From Eledone cirrhosa (Eukaryota): a stretch of DNA of 64,000 bases. The DNA lies in NCBI GenBank assembly GCA_964016885.1, contig OZ024740.1, positions 379,378,001-379,442,000 of the forward strand. The letters run 5' to 3'. Position 1 is the first letter of the stretch. Each line of letters starts with the position of its first letter. Below, piece after piece: positions 25,173-38,992 of this stretch. The notes under the pieces are model-generated. The model did no database searches, was not told the DNA's origin, and worked only from the letters and a program-made list of their open reading frames with translations. The position numbers and the translations under genes were made by a program.

Positions 25173-25980
25173 TTTCACAATAATATCTGACAATGTTATT
25201 CTAGCGCGGTGAATTGGCAGAGTCGTTAGAACGTCGGATTGAATGCTTTATGGTATTCGTTCCGGCTATCTGCTCTCCGAGTTCAAATCCCGCCGAGGGA
25301 TTTGTCATTCATCCTTTCAAGGTCGATAAAAAAGTACTGGGGTCGATTCTGCCTCTCTCGAGAAGAAATCTGTAAGCCTAGAGAGGAGATGGGCTTCACC
25401 AGGCTTTTAAAAAATGCCATTGTAACGCTGTTTGTCAATACCGCACTCCTAGGACTCTATTAGGAGTTACGGGACCATACCATACCAATGTTATTCTAAT
25501 GCCAGTCATGGTCAAATTTTAAGCATTTTAAATATTGTTTGAACAAAAAATGTTCTGTATAGGTGTAGTGGAAAAGCAAATATTAACATACAAATATTTA
25601 TAAGAAGTGGAGGGAGAGTATGGAAAAGGAATATAGGGAAAGAAGAGATGAAGAAAATATTGGAAAAATATAATCCGCTAATGGCGATCAAGTGGGGGAA
25701 ACAATATGGAAGATCTTAAGGACAAGAAATGAAGGTCTAGTAATTGTTCACATATGCTTTATAAACGATTTGATGGGAAATTCAATTCGGTTGCGTTAAT
25801 CCTAGACGTAATCTTACAGATCAAGTCTTCTGGTATGTACAACACTTTTTACTGAGACAGCTGTGTCCTTAAATCTATCAAAAACAACGCGCCAGCTAAC
25901 TTTACAGCTAATAAGGAATTCAATGATTTCAAAAAATTTATAGATGATTCGATTATGTTGAAAATGTAGATGAGCTGTAA

Positions 25981-26170
25981 TAATTGTTTCTATATTAGGC
26001 ACAAGGCCAGCAATTACCCAGTACATTACTGGTACTTTATTTTATCGACCCCGTAAAGATGAAAGGCAAAGTTAACCTCGGCGGGATTTGAACTCAGATC
26101 ATAAAGGGACGTAACTCTATGCTTCAAAGCATGGTGTCCGACTCTCTAACGATACTGCCAATCCACCGCC
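25981..26170 (-). mobile_element. SINE A, full copy with TSD
   Basis: TSD gatgagctgtaa. Confidence 0.85.
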
Positions 26171-26399
26171 CTTGATGAGCTGTAACGATGATCTAATAAT
26201 GTATTTTCTCGGAGAGTGCAAATGACCGACACGATATTGTCAAGCAATTTGCTGTGAGGTCAGTAGTTCGTGCCCTGGCAATACTACTGTGCTTTGTCAA
26301 TGATCAATATGTTTAACTGCCGATAGCTGAGATCAGCTAGTTTTTAAATGGCTACTGTGGAGCGCTATAATACATCGACATCAAAATAAAACTGGCAAA

Positions 26400-26790
26400 T
26401 GGCTTGTTGGTTGCTGCGAACCACTGTTGGAGAATCTTTCTGATCACTTATCAGTGAGTGTCACAAAACGGCAGAAGTGTGACGCCTCACCATACTCTCG
26501 CTCTTAACAGGGCTAAACACAGGATCTTTTGTATGGAATGTCGACGATTCTTTCGTGTTGATACATCACCGCAGCGGAGCTGCTTTGCCCGGGCCGTTCA
26601 CAAGGTGACTCAAGAGCTGCAGATATGTCGATCATGACATGGACTGTCAATGATATCTCACGCTCATCTAACGTCTTTGCAGTAAATCAGAGCTTTGGAT
26701 ACACATTCAAAAGACACACTAACTGTGCTGTACACATTAATTAATGACGACACTCGCCATCATTTTTCCGCATAACTCCGAGAGAATTCG
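26400..26790 (-). mobile_element. Possible highly decayed mariner-like remnant
   Basis: Faint resemblance to mariner ALE.L / GDETW / SMEWRH blocks; no open frame. Confidence 0.25.
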
Positions 26791-27687
26791 TAACGTTGGA
26801 TCAGAGAGATGTTACTTGAATGGCTTAAGATGTATACAATAAGGGCTTTAGCTGTGTCGATGCATAAACATCGAAATCCTTTGTAAAGGGGATCTGGATT
26901 TGTCTTTCAATTATTTACAGATGCCTCTATACAAATATTTTGTGAGTATAGGGTATTCGGCCGATATTTTCTTGTTAATCTGAAGAAATGCAATGAAAAA
27001 ACACTTCAATGTTTTGTTTTTAATCACGATATGAAATCTGGTGTATTCTTTCCATAAATCAAAATAGATTACGGCATTAACAGTCGACACCAACACTTTT
27101 TTAAAGACTAAATAAGACAGTTATAATAATTATTTATTTTTCTTTGACACATTCCTTGTTGTTGTAAAGTAACTATCGATTATTGATTGATTATCATCTC
27201 GTATGGAATACACTTTTCACAGATGTAATAGTTTGAAATTCGAACTAGTCAAAGCCAACAATCTCGAATATCATGTAACAATGTTAAAATCATCACGTTA
27301 CGGTTGTTAGCGTGCACAATGGGATAGAACTGAGCTGAGTTATATAGATAAAGCCACATCACAGACAAACACACATAACGTCACACAATCTAATTTCATC
27401 TTCATGAATATGTGATTGTAGTCTAATGTGTTGAGTTCAACTCCTCATTGTTACTACGAGGCAGGTGATTATAAGCCATTTTAGTACATCTCGTAATTGA
27501 ATTAATATATTGATCCCAAATAAGCGATGGCTCTGGAATCTAATATGCTGCAGTATTAATCATAACCACCAACAGCTTTTCTGAATTAAATAGAATTATA
27601 ATTATAATTATAATTAGTTAGTTTCAAATATATGCTATATGCTTAATGTCATGTCCATTTTGTAATATAATTTTATCATTTTTCCAG

Positions 27688-27930
27688 GTGTCTTCACATG
27701 TGGCCCGGCTCCGGTTAAAGGTATCAGGGAAGGAGACCTCCATTTAGGATATGATACAAAATTCCTGTTTTCTGAAATCCACGGAGACCGAGTTCACTGG
27801 GTATTGGATTCTATGGGAAATATGACACCTTTTACTGTCGAAAAGAATGCTGTCGGTCGTTCTATCAGCACTAAAGCAGTAAACACGATTTCTAGGGACG
27901 ATTTGACTCAACATTATAAGTATCCAGATG
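27688..27930 (+). CDS. Transglutaminase internal exon B (end of catalytic core)
   Basis: tttccag|GT ... G|gtgagt; phase 1 fits exon A; GVFTCGPAPVKGIREGDLHLGYDTKFLFSEIHGDRVHW...VGRSISTKAV...DDLTQHYKYPDG (CGP, YD..F.F.E, G..ISTKAV, YKYP motifs). Confidence 0.95.
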
Positions 27931-28751
27931 GTGAGTACTTGTTTATAAACGCAGAGTGCTTTTTCTTGTTTGTTTTCTCTCAAGATAAGTGTTTTCTTTT
28001 TGACTGTTATATTATATACCATAGCATAGCAATAAAGATGGACTTTGTTTAGGAATGTAATAAGAACGAGAGAATAAAGTTAAAATCATCATTCGGTATC
28101 TTGCTGGAAATATGTCATTTTGTTTAGATACAAGTGATTGTATTTCTACTTGCATTGTAGCCAGTATAATGCTACTCGTAATTCTACGAAGTTATCTAAA
28201 TCTAAAATTCTCTAACAACCCTCAATTTCAATTTCGTGTGCAAAATCCCATGTTCTGAAGGTGCATAGCGAAAGTAATTACAAGTACCCTCTTTTTTTAC
28301 ACAGCACACTAATAATTTTTACTGTAAATACAAATTCCGAGATTCTTTTACTTGGGCTAGATCATCTCTATGGCTTATTTATAGATTAATGTTACTGAAA
28401 ATTTGTCAGTATCGAATTATGTTTTTTAAATGGTAAGAATTTTTTGATTAGTTCCCAATCAGCCCAGATTTAGCATACTTATCATCAAAGGTGTCTCAGT
28501 TGGACAATACCGCCTTCCTGTTAGTCTTAATAGATCGAGTATCACATTAACCAATATGTATTTACTTTTTAAGGAGGGATTTGAGAGAGATTTGGCTGCT
28601 ATATATATATCAGTTAGAGTCACTATGTGTACTCCTTCATTGACTCATATTAATTTGTTTTAACTTGTTACACTTGCTTCTCATACATCAAATACAAAGG
28701 AACTGAATATTTTGATTTTCATTTCTTTTCTTCTCTTTTCTTCATTAACAG

Positions 28752-29030
28752 GTAGTCCTGAGCTTGCAGCTTGCATGGAGAAAGCCCAAAAACACGCACT
28801 ACGATCTCTACCCGAAATTCCTGCCCCGAGCAAAAGTGACGTTGACTTTATGTTTACTGGAGAGGGATATCGAACTGGGGATGTTAGTGCGTCTCTTCGT
28901 ATAAAAAATAACTCTGCTTCTTCTCGTAGTATCAGTGTGCACTTATGTGCAGCAGCTGCATATTATACCGGTGTACCAGCTAATGATTTAAAAGAAAATT
29001 CCAATAATGTACAGCTTGAACCCCATGCAG
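28752..29030 (+). CDS. Transglutaminase internal exon C (beta-barrel 1)
   Basis: Polypyrimidine tract plus acag|GT; donor G|gtttgt; GSPELAACMEKAQ...LRIKNNSASSRSISVHLCAAAAYYTGVPAN...LEPHA, including the conserved YYTG. Confidence 0.92.
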
Positions 29031-29078
29031 GTTTGTAGCAATCCGTAAATATTATTTTTTAATACACACACGCACGCA

Positions 29079-29162
<84 letters not shown>

Positions 29163-29264
29163 CATATATATATGTATGTAAAAGGTAAACAGAAATAACA
29201 ACACAATCGCTACAGTATATGGAAGGGATATATTAGGTTAACGCTTGATATAGTAGAAAGAGGG

Positions 29265-29300
29265 TCTTAACCTTTCGGACGCTAGTCCTTCATCAGAAGA
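29265..29300 (-). ncRNA. Minimal hammerhead-like fold
   Basis: tctt-CTGATGA-a ggac tagc gtcc-GAAA-g-GTT-aaga; stem III is degenerate. Confidence 0.5.
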
Positions 29301-29310
29301 AATAATGAGA

Positions 29311-29362
<52 letters not shown>

Positions 29363-29633
29363 TACTGCTATTTCTAATAGCCATCTTTTCACCCCTTGAT
29401 AGTTTGGGTGTGAGACACGTTGGTTGAGGGCTTCTGACAGGAACTAAAAGATTGATCCTTTTTTGCTTCCCGTCCCCACGTAAAATTTGTAAATCAGTGG
29501 CTTGTTGAGAGATAGAGTCCTATCGGGTGCCAGTTGCTAATCGCTTTACCGTGTCGGTTGTCACAAACAGTCATGGGCCAGCATAGGCTGGAGTTTGGAT
29601 TCTGTCGATCGATTGGTTATTGATTAGGTGATA

Positions 29634-29743
29634 CCCGCTGATGAAGCCGCATAAGCCGATTGTGCATTGTTGCATAATATATGCAGACAGATGGTGCAGT
29701 GCACCTTACTGCTGCATTAGTGCGGAATAAACTAGAGTCCGGG
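29634..29743 (+). ncRNA. Hammerhead-like fold with GAAA>TAAA
   Basis: cccg-CTGATGA-ag ccgc...gcgg aa-TAAA-ct ag a-GTC-cggg. Confidence 0.45.
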
Positions 29744-29933
29744 AACCTTATAGGCACCAGATTTACGTGTGTATACTCTGGTAATATATCCGATAACTAT
29801 GTGTATACTCTGGTAATGTATCTTACATTGCCCATTGAGTGCGCTGAGATACAACCGGTACTGGCATTGATAAATATGCTGGGTCTGTCAACCCTTATTA
29901 TTAATATATATATATATATATACACACACACGC

Positions 29934-29969
<36 letters not shown>

Positions 29970-29970
29970 G

Positions 29971-30034
<64 letters not shown>

Positions 30035-30057
30035 GAGAGAGAGAGTGAGAGAAATAG

Positions 30058-30151
<94 letters not shown>

Positions 30152-30303
30152 ATGTATAATACTGCTAGCAGTAATACAAGTAGAGGTTGGTGGGTATTTG
30201 TAATAATATTATAAGCAATAGTGGTACTAGAAAATAGAGGTGGAATCGGGTGAAGCAAAGATGTGACACTAGCTCATCTAGGTTCCTACGGTTGTACAAA
30301 GCT

Positions 30304-30493
30304 GAATTTAATTGGCAGTATCGGTAGAGCGTCAGATACCATGCTTTGCAGCATAGAGTTATTGCCCTTTGTGTTCTGAGTTCAAATCCGCCGAGGTTAA
30401 CTTTGCCTTTCATCCTTACGGGGTCGATAAAATAAAGTACTAGTGATGCACTGGGGTAATCGCTGGCCTTGAGCCAAAAAGTAGGAGCTATTA
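30304..30493 (+). mobile_element. SINE A copy
   Basis: Same A/B boxes and body. Confidence 0.8.
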
Positions 30494-30662
30494 TATCATA
30501 AACCACGTAGGCATAAAAGACAATAATGACTCAGTCACAATTTGAACCCAAAATATCTACAAGGCTCTAGCAAGATTCACGTTTTAGTTCTGCTGGCATT
30601 TATGTTGATCGCCGCTCCGGAACACACTTGATAATAATTCCCTCACCAGTACATAGTAACCA

Positions 30663-30757
<95 letters not shown>

Positions 30758-31380
30758 ATGCTACTAGAGCTGTTCTTTTGAACTAGCTAGCAGCATATGT
30801 TCTACAGCTAACTCTTCGGTCTACCTACTTCCCTTAACCCCTTAATACTATATTCCACATCTCATATCCCACATTAAGCATTACCTCCATTGCTTTTCCT
30901 CTTCACAACTGCAATCCTCTAAAACTCCTTCCCAGCCTACGCTTTTCCTGAAAACATCGAATCATAAACGCTCAAACTAAATCACAAATATGCGTGAACC
31001 TCGATAGAACATAGGCGCTATTAATTATCTTCTAAATTAAGTTTATAAATCCGGATAGAACGCAATACTGAAAGGCATTCTAACGATTAAAATACTTTCT
31101 ATAAATATCTGAAATTGAGAAACATTATTACTAACAAATAATATTTCAGGCAATAAATATATCAATGGTGGGGCCATAACACAATAGGGCAATGGTAGAG
31201 ATCAAGTAATTAAGTAGCACTGAAGTATTAATCATCGATATTATTGACTGTTCCCTTCCCCAACATTTGTGGCTTTGTGCCTATAAACCATAAATCAATA
31301 TTTCATGTAATCATTATTGTTAGTTTACTTGTAAAATCACCAGAGTATATATAATCCAGTGTATATAATCTTTCTTCCAG

Positions 31381-31541
31381 AAACTGTCGTAAGTCTCTCA
31401 CTGAAATGCAACGAATATGTCAACAGCCGGGACCCTGATGCTCATATTGTGATGTACTGCAAAGCAATAGTGAAAGATACTAATCAAAGATACATCACCA
31501 AAGAAACATTCTGGTTGGACAAACCACATTTAGACCTAAAG
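31381..31541 (+). CDS. Transglutaminase internal exon D
   Basis: ttccag|AA ... AAG|gtcagc; ETVVSLSLKCNEYVNSRDPDAHIVMYCKAIVKDTNQRYITKETFWLDKPHLDLK; phases 1 and 0 fit the neighbouring exons. Confidence 0.9.
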
Positions 31542-32322
31542 GTCAGCATACTTTATTACTATACTTCATTTATGTTTATGTATACTTTGTTATTAACATG
31601 TTATACAGTAGCCTCCAAACTGTTTATATTAGTCATATGGGCACATGACTTGTCGTATTGTGAGAAGTTCACTTCGTATTGTGGGAGGTTCACTTCGTAT
31701 TGTGGAGATTTGGGGAGATTTTACATAATGAAAGCTATACCCAGTTTCACAAGAGAAGACACCTCTCACCCACCCTAAAATGGGTGGAGGATCTCCCCCG
31801 TTGAACGGGAAGAGTTGACAGGTCAGTGACTCTGAGTTCGATCCCACCTCAGCGTGCTTTTTACAAGTGTTGCCTTAGATCGACCGTAGGGTTGTAAGTG
31901 AAATTTCCCTGTTGTTGTTGCTTTTTAACCAGATTGGTATCTCTATTTCAAAAGAGTTTTAGTGATAGTGATAATAGTGAATCAGATATTTGATATTTGA
32001 CTAATTGAACCATGTGAAATGAATTGTTTATTCGTTTTTAATATGAGACCTTTTGTTGTTATTAGTTTATTACACATTCTAGATTAGAATTGTTCAGTTT
32101 CTTCCTTCAACTAATGGTTATTTCTGTATGATATATGGTAAAGTAACGACGTTTAACCACATAGTAGCTGACTATTATCATTTCTTGATTGATTTATAAA
32201 GACCCGCTTATAAAACAACATATTTCGTATAAAACTGATATAGATTACGGTTTACTTAATAGCGCCTCCGCCCAAAATTATTGGCCTTGTGCCTCAATCA
32301 GAAACCATTATTAATTAAATGG

Positions 32323-32535
32323 GGGCGGTGGATTGGCAGTATCGGTAGAACGTCGGACACCATGCTTTGCGGCATAGTTACGTCCATTTACGTTGTGAGT
32401 TCAAATTCCGCTGAAGTTAGCTTTACCCATAAGGGGTCGATAAAATAAAGCACCAGTAATGTACTAGGGTCGATTTAATTGACTTGCCACTACCCCAAAA
32501 ATTGTTGGCCTTGTGCCTAAATCAGAAACCATTAT
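32323..32535 (+). mobile_element. SINE A-related copy
   Basis: Same head and body; follows a 3' fragment of the same family at ~32270-32315. Confidence 0.78.
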
Positions 32536-32654
32536 TAATTAAATGAAGTTTTTATAAACTTATGTATTGTCTTTTACTTATAACCATGCTGCTAAAACCA
32601 TCGATGATATATATAGGTATATTTATTTATAAACAATGTAAAAGTTTAAGTCTC

Positions 32655-32898
32655 AAACCCGGAGGCTCATCAGGCCGGAATTTATCCCGGTTTCATTGGT
32701 GTTAAGCGACTGAGAGACAAGACACCTGTCCGTCGCAGGGTTAAACCTGGCTACTACGGTTATTCATTTTCAGCTGAGTTACTGGAGAACTTGAAACGAA
32801 GTGTTTTGCTCAAGAACAGAACACACAACCCGGTCCGGGAATGGAACCCACGATATTATGGTAGTAAGTGCAACGCCATACCCACTAGTACGCACGCC
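32655..32898 (-). mobile_element. SINE family B copy
   Basis: Collinear with 8283-8521; B box gggttccattccc. Related fragments lie near 5030-5250, 14710-14790 and 58540-58740. Confidence 0.7.
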
Positions 32899-33237
32899 AA
32901 TACATTTATAAATAATACATTCAATGCACATAATATATGCATATATTTTCTCTAAATATATAAAGGTTTCCAAAGTTTCTTCAAATAATAACTGTATCTA
33001 TTTTAAACACGTTCTGAATTGTCGAACTTATCACAAATTTCTTTGATGCAATTATGCTAACGAATTCATAAAATTGTTGCTTTTGTCACTTAAATGTTAA
33101 CACATTTTGTGGAAATTTTAAAAGCCATGCTACGACATATATGTGTTATATTATTGATTAAACATCCGTGAGTGGTAGGTCAAGGAATGTAAATATACAG
33201 AGCGCTGGCAACGAGATACTAAAATAATTTCTTTTAT

Positions 33238-33277
<40 letters not shown>

Positions 33278-33353
33278 ATACACACTCACACACACACACA
33301 TACGCACACACATACGCACGTACACACACGCACACACACACACACACACACAC

Positions 33354-33415
<62 letters not shown>

Positions 33416-33437
33416 GTGTTTATTGCTTTCATTTCAG

Positions 33438-33574
33438 TCTGATACAAGTGTTCCTATCGGGAAAGCTTTTGATGTTCTTGTTAAGTTCACCAATACATTG
33501 ACTATTCCATTGACTGGAGGCCATTTGAATATCGAAGGACCTGCTATGCAAAGAGTGTCTTCAATTAAAATAAA
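33438..33574 (+). CDS. Transglutaminase internal exon E (beta-barrel 2)
   Basis: tttcag|TCT ... AA|gtaagt; SDTSVPIGKAFDVLVKFTNTLTIPLTGGHLNIEGPAMQRVSSIKI (F.N.L..PL......EGP motif). Confidence 0.9.
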
Positions 33575-36269
33575 GTAAGTAGTGAGGAATAAATTCCATT
33601 TTTGTTGAGACTTTGACTGTTTAACAAAGAATATATTAAATAATCGAAAAGAAAATGATGATAAAAACATTTTCTAATACACATGATGATTTATATGTGT
33701 AGAGCATGGGCGATATATGGGAATATATGACATTTGAAGAGTAACACATTCAAGTTAAATCATAAACAAAAATAGTCTGTCCAACGGGTGTCCCCACATT
33801 TCCTGTCTACCATGTTTCAGTCGCAAGGCTTTAGTTATTCCGTGACATATGCAGAAGAGGCCGCAGAATGGTATTGTTCCGGCTCTTACGTTCTGTGTTC
33901 AACTCCCACTAAATTCACCTTTGCTTTTCATCATAACGGGTTCGATAAAATAGAGTACCAGTAACGTACTAGGTCGATTTAATCGACTTTTCCCTCCTCG
34001 AAAATTGTGAGCCATGTGTCGAAACCAGAAGCCATTGTTTTCATCCTACTCATCATCATCATCATCATCATAATCGTCGTCGTCATCATCACCAACACGA
34101 TCACTACCATCATTATCATGATCAGGGTCATGTCAGTTACCACTGACATTTAATTCTTCTGTGAGTATCTTCTTTCTGTCGTTGACATTATATTTACCTT
34201 CTGTTTCTGCTGTTTAACAGTTTCTTAGTACCACATGTTGTTTTACCATTAACATCAGATTAATGATGTCAAACCAATAAGTTGGTTATGCTCTACAATT
34301 GTTATCGTTTGTCTACATACATAGATATATGTATGTGGGTGGATGGTGTATATTTGAGTGATGTGTATTTATGTAGGACTTTCATACTCAAGCATCTCAA
34401 AAGACAATCGTTTGTTAAATGTTTAATATCAAAGATTGCCATTTTAATGTCAGCAATAATCTATAACATTATTCTGCTTGTGTACCTACTTACGTAGGTG
34501 GAAAATTGGCAGAGACGTTAGAACATCGGATACAATGCTTTTTTGTGTTTGCTCTCTGCACTCTAAGTTCAAATTCTATTGAAGTCAACTTTACCTTTCA
34601 TCCTTTTGAAATTGCTAAAAAATGTTCCACTCCAGTACTGTAGTCGATGGAGATAGCAGTGGCAGTTGTGGTTGTAGTAAGGAAGAAGGTCGCAACAAAG
34701 AATGGAGATATTATTTTTATTGAATTATAATTTTCATTGAATTAAAAGTTATTTAAAATCGTCAATCATTTAATGGATGCACTTTAATGTAATTAATTAC
34801 CGCTGGCTAGCAAGAACAAGGGTTACTATCTAGAATTTAAACGACATCTAGTGAGTGAAAAGTACCTTTTATTTTACATAGAACTGTTTATTGATAAATT
34901 AATTTATTCAATGACAATTAATAAAACTCACTGGCAAATATTTACTAAGAAAGGGATTTACTTACCTCAACTCGTGTCATTTAGTCACAGACAGTTATAC
35001 GTTAAATCTACGGATTAGGAAATTAACAGATGTTTTTTTATGTTTTTTTTTTCATATTAATAAATACAAAAAAAAAAAAAAAAACCAAGATAAATACAAA
35101 AAAGTTGTTCATCAGGAAGTGTTAAATAAATTGTATAAATTAGAATAATTTATGATAATTAACATTAATGGGATAATGATTCTAATGTTACAGCAATGCA
35201 ATAATTATAATGATATAAGAGTGTGATGTTAGTAATCATTAAGCGCTAAGGTAAAATAAAATAATCCCATTTTCACATTGATCTATCAAAGGTGATAAAT
35301 TACTTCAAAAATAAATATATGTTCTTCATTCCTTATTTCCCCTCCACCACCTATCCCCCCTGTCCTTGCCATTTTTTTTTCACTTACTGTATCATTGTTT
35401 CAATGATACTTCTCATTGTTTTTCTTGGTGTCTTTCAGTGTCTATCTTTATTTTCCAGGCTTCTTTCATTCTTTTCCTTTTCACTTTTTCTAACTATCCA
35501 TTCTCTCTACCTCTCCGCCACCTCTATCCCCGCCATCCCACCTTCCTTCTAAATTGATTTCACATTTATACCATCTTTTTCAAAAATACATTCTTTATCT
35601 CTGCCTATATGTTCTTGCTATTTTCTTTATTTTTTTTCGGCTTCTCTGGATTCATATGTTAATATTTAATGTTCTATTTCTAATAAATACAGATTCTCAA
35701 GGGTGGCCACTTTAGAACCTATACTACCTTGTTATATTTCATGTAATATTTCTGTATGTAGGCGTAAAGGTCATCACTCCCAACAAGGTTTGCGTTGTTA
35801 TTCTTCGCCTTCATTATTTTCTTCGTACATACTACTTACTAATTCATACGTGTCGCTACCTTCAAAATAAAGTTGTTGAGATTGCTGCTGACTTTGTTAG
35901 CATATTTATTTGAATCGTGTTAATATGTAAACACACATAATTTGAACTACTTAACAAAGGGACGATGTCGATGGTCATACAATAATTGTTTCTACTTTAG
36001 GCACAAGGCCAGCAATTACTCAGTACATTACTGGTACTTTATTTTATCGACCCCGTAGGTCATAAAATAATGCTATTTAACAAATAAGAAAGAGGTTCTA
36101 TTAAATAGATTACGACTTATTCAATGTTAGCCTAAAATCACACTTACGAACTCACCGTTGAACATCTTTGAGGTAAATTTCTTGTGAGATGAGTTTGCAA
36201 TACTGTTTCCATTTCTGGTTGTGACAATTTCAATTCTCTCACATCGGCAAAATAGGTCAGATTTCTGCC

Positions 36270-36437
36270 TGCTACTGGATCCATTGGACTAACCTGCTAC
36301 ATGGTCAAGTGGTGAGCAACTAAACCGGCTCCCCCACCAGACTCTGGTCATATAAGGAGCATAAGGGGAACCTCAGTAGTGCAAAATAGAAGAGCTGTTA
36401 AGAGGGTGGATGAACTTCTCAGCAACAACGGCCATCT
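36270..36437 (+). mobile_element. Diverged relative of the 5' end of the 18583-19186 element
   Basis: Collinear motifs gctactgg / aacctg...catggtc / actaaac.gg..ccccacca / caa.ggccatc. Confidence 0.5.
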
Positions 36438-36925
36438 ATCCCAATTGGTCAAGCGTGGTGAGTCGGCTGCACGTCTGACATGACCAAAATCAAACAGAAA
36501 GCGAGTGGTTCCTCAAACAAGAGTGAGAAGAGAAGACTATATTGGATTGGACATCGGCAATACACTTTGCTTTTCTTTCCCCACTTATAACTATAAATGT
36601 AAGTTCTAATATACAATATAATGTGAATTAGGGGAAGAGTATAATTGATTCTGGCGGCAAATTAGCTAAGTCACTAGAACGCCAGATAGAATGTTCAGTG
36701 GTATTCCGTCAGACTCTGTGTCCTGAGTCAAAAATCCCATCAAATTCAAATTTATCTTTCATATATATACAGTTCTAGTCCTGCAAATGTCATTTATATA
36801 TATATATATATATTAAATTCAAAGGGTATATATAATTAGACATAGTCACAGATACATATATGAGTTTGGCAACCATTCACGGTGTGAGTCAATGAAGAAT
36901 TAATTAAATAATTTATAATCAGAGC

Positions 36926-37361
36926 TATATATAAAGTCCAAAGAATCATTAGATAAAATATATACAGTATTTCCTCTCCCAATCAGTATAAATTAACCAC
37001 ATAAAAAATCATTTAAACGAGGCTATAAGTTTAAAATGTACTTATGAAGAAATAATAGACAAATGATACAGATTATTTTCCGCGATGTACAGCCATATGA
37101 CACTTATCTAATTATTTCTTCTAGCCTGTAGAAATTGACTAAACAATTAGTTGACTACACGGAATTAGGTACAAAATAGAAGTTTGAAGAAAAAATGCAG
37201 ATAAGTGTCATATGGCTGTACATCGCGGAAAATAATCTGTATCATTTGTCTATTATTTCTTTTTAAACTTATAGCCTCGTTTAAATGATTTTTTATATGG
37301 TTAATTTATACTGATTGGGAGAGGAAATACTGTATATATTTTATCTAATGATTCTTTGGAC
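36926..37361. repeat. Fold-back hairpin
   Basis: 36926-37122 mirrors 37186-37361; partial copy at ~54995-55088. Confidence 0.85.
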
Positions 37362-37363
37362 TT

Positions 37364-37403
<40 letters not shown>

Positions 37404-37408
<5 letters not shown>

Positions 37409-38338
37409 ATACTTGGGGAGGGTCATATTTGTGTAATATTGCCAGAATTAATAACAGAACACACTCACTGTTTGGTTGGTTTTCGCTTTTCGCGTCTGTG
37501 TCTTTTATATCGGTAATCTAATTTATTCGGTCCTCAATGTTGCCATTGACTGACCAACGGTCAAAAATAATACAGATACAATATAGACACAAACACATAT
37601 ATATAGTTTATCTGGCATTTTCGTATGCATGTACGAACATGCCAGACAACAACACGACGGTAACATAGACAACATAGAAATTAGAATAATATCTAAACAT
37701 AGAAATGACCCAGCAAATAGGCAAATCAGAGAGGCCAGTGAAATAGAACTTAGAAGGCCAAGGCTAAACAGAAAGAATGAATGGAATAACAACAACACCC
37801 AAACAAACAACACTGACCTAAGAGAAGTATAAATAACTAGATAAATAAATAAATACATACATACACAGGCACAATAACAACAAACACATATAAACACACA
37901 CTAGTAAAGATAGAATACATTAACCAATACATAGTCACCCAATCACGAACACACATCAAACAAAACACTATACACACACGCAAACGCATGCGCAAAGAAG
38001 ACAAAATAAAATAAACAAATAAATAAATATATAAACAGACTAAATAAAGATGGCGTAGAAAATACAATGCAACGGGAGGAAACAATAGCACCACTGACCA
38101 TGTTGCAGATGTGCAACGAAAGAACTTTGATAAACTATATATATGTGTTTGTGTCTATATTGTATCTGTATTATTTTTGACCGTTGGTCAGTCAATGGCA
38201 ACATTGAGGACCGAATAAATTAGATTACCGATATAAAAGACACAGAAGCGAAAAGCGAAAACCAACCAAACAGTGAGTGTATTCTGTTATTAATTCTGGC
38301 AATATTACACAAATACGACCCTCCCCAAGTATAACAAT
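37404..38338. repeat. Inverted repeat pair (~200 bp arms)
   Basis: 37404-37605 mirrors 38133-38338. Confidence 0.88.
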
Positions 38339-38493
38339 ATTTGTTTCGACACACGATTTCATATCAAAAACCTCGCAAAACTATATATATATTTATATAT
38401 ATATATATACTTTTAGTTAGCACTCCTAATGTTTATTGAGTGAGTTGGAATTTGGCCGGAGTATCGCTAAAGAGCTTTCTCCGATATTGTATT

Positions 38494-38533
<40 letters not shown>

Positions 38534-38625
38534 TTTTCTATAATAATATGAATTTACCTATATTCTACTAAAGTATTGAGTATCCTTTTTGACAGTACAG
38601 TAGTCACCTCCGATTTATATCCGAG

Positions 38626-38675
<50 letters not shown>

Positions 38676-38737
38676 TCGAAAACTTGTTTTCATTGAATCT
38701 CATATATTTACATATTACTCTTTTATTGACTATCTAG

Positions 38738-38897
38738 GAAAGCAATTGCGCCAGGTGAAGAATTCAGAGAAACAGTTCAACTAAAGGCTCGGCGTGTCGG
38801 AAGAAGAGAGGTAATCGCCAATTTCTACTGCAAGCAAATTGTTGACATCACAGGTGTTATTGAGGTTGATGTAGTCGAGGAATCAAAAAGCTCTTAA
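38738..38897 (+). CDS. Transglutaminase terminal coding exon F
   Basis: tctag|G completes the phase-2 codon; KAIAPGEEFRETVQLKARRVGRREVIANFYCKQIVDITGVIEVDVVEESKSS*; typical TGase C-terminus; stop TAA at 38895-38897. Confidence 0.9.
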
Positions 38898-38986
38898 ATA
38901 ATCCAAACATGGCCGTCAAGAATCTATTCTGTAAGATTTGAACACAGTTACAGTAAATGTTCAGTAAAGAAAAATATCAATAACGA

Positions 38987-38992
38987 AATAAA
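38987..38992 (+). promoter_or_regulatory. Candidate polyadenylation signal of the transglutaminase
   Basis: AATAAA about 90 nt after the stop codon; the region is AT-rich, so a chance occurrence is possible. Confidence 0.4.
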
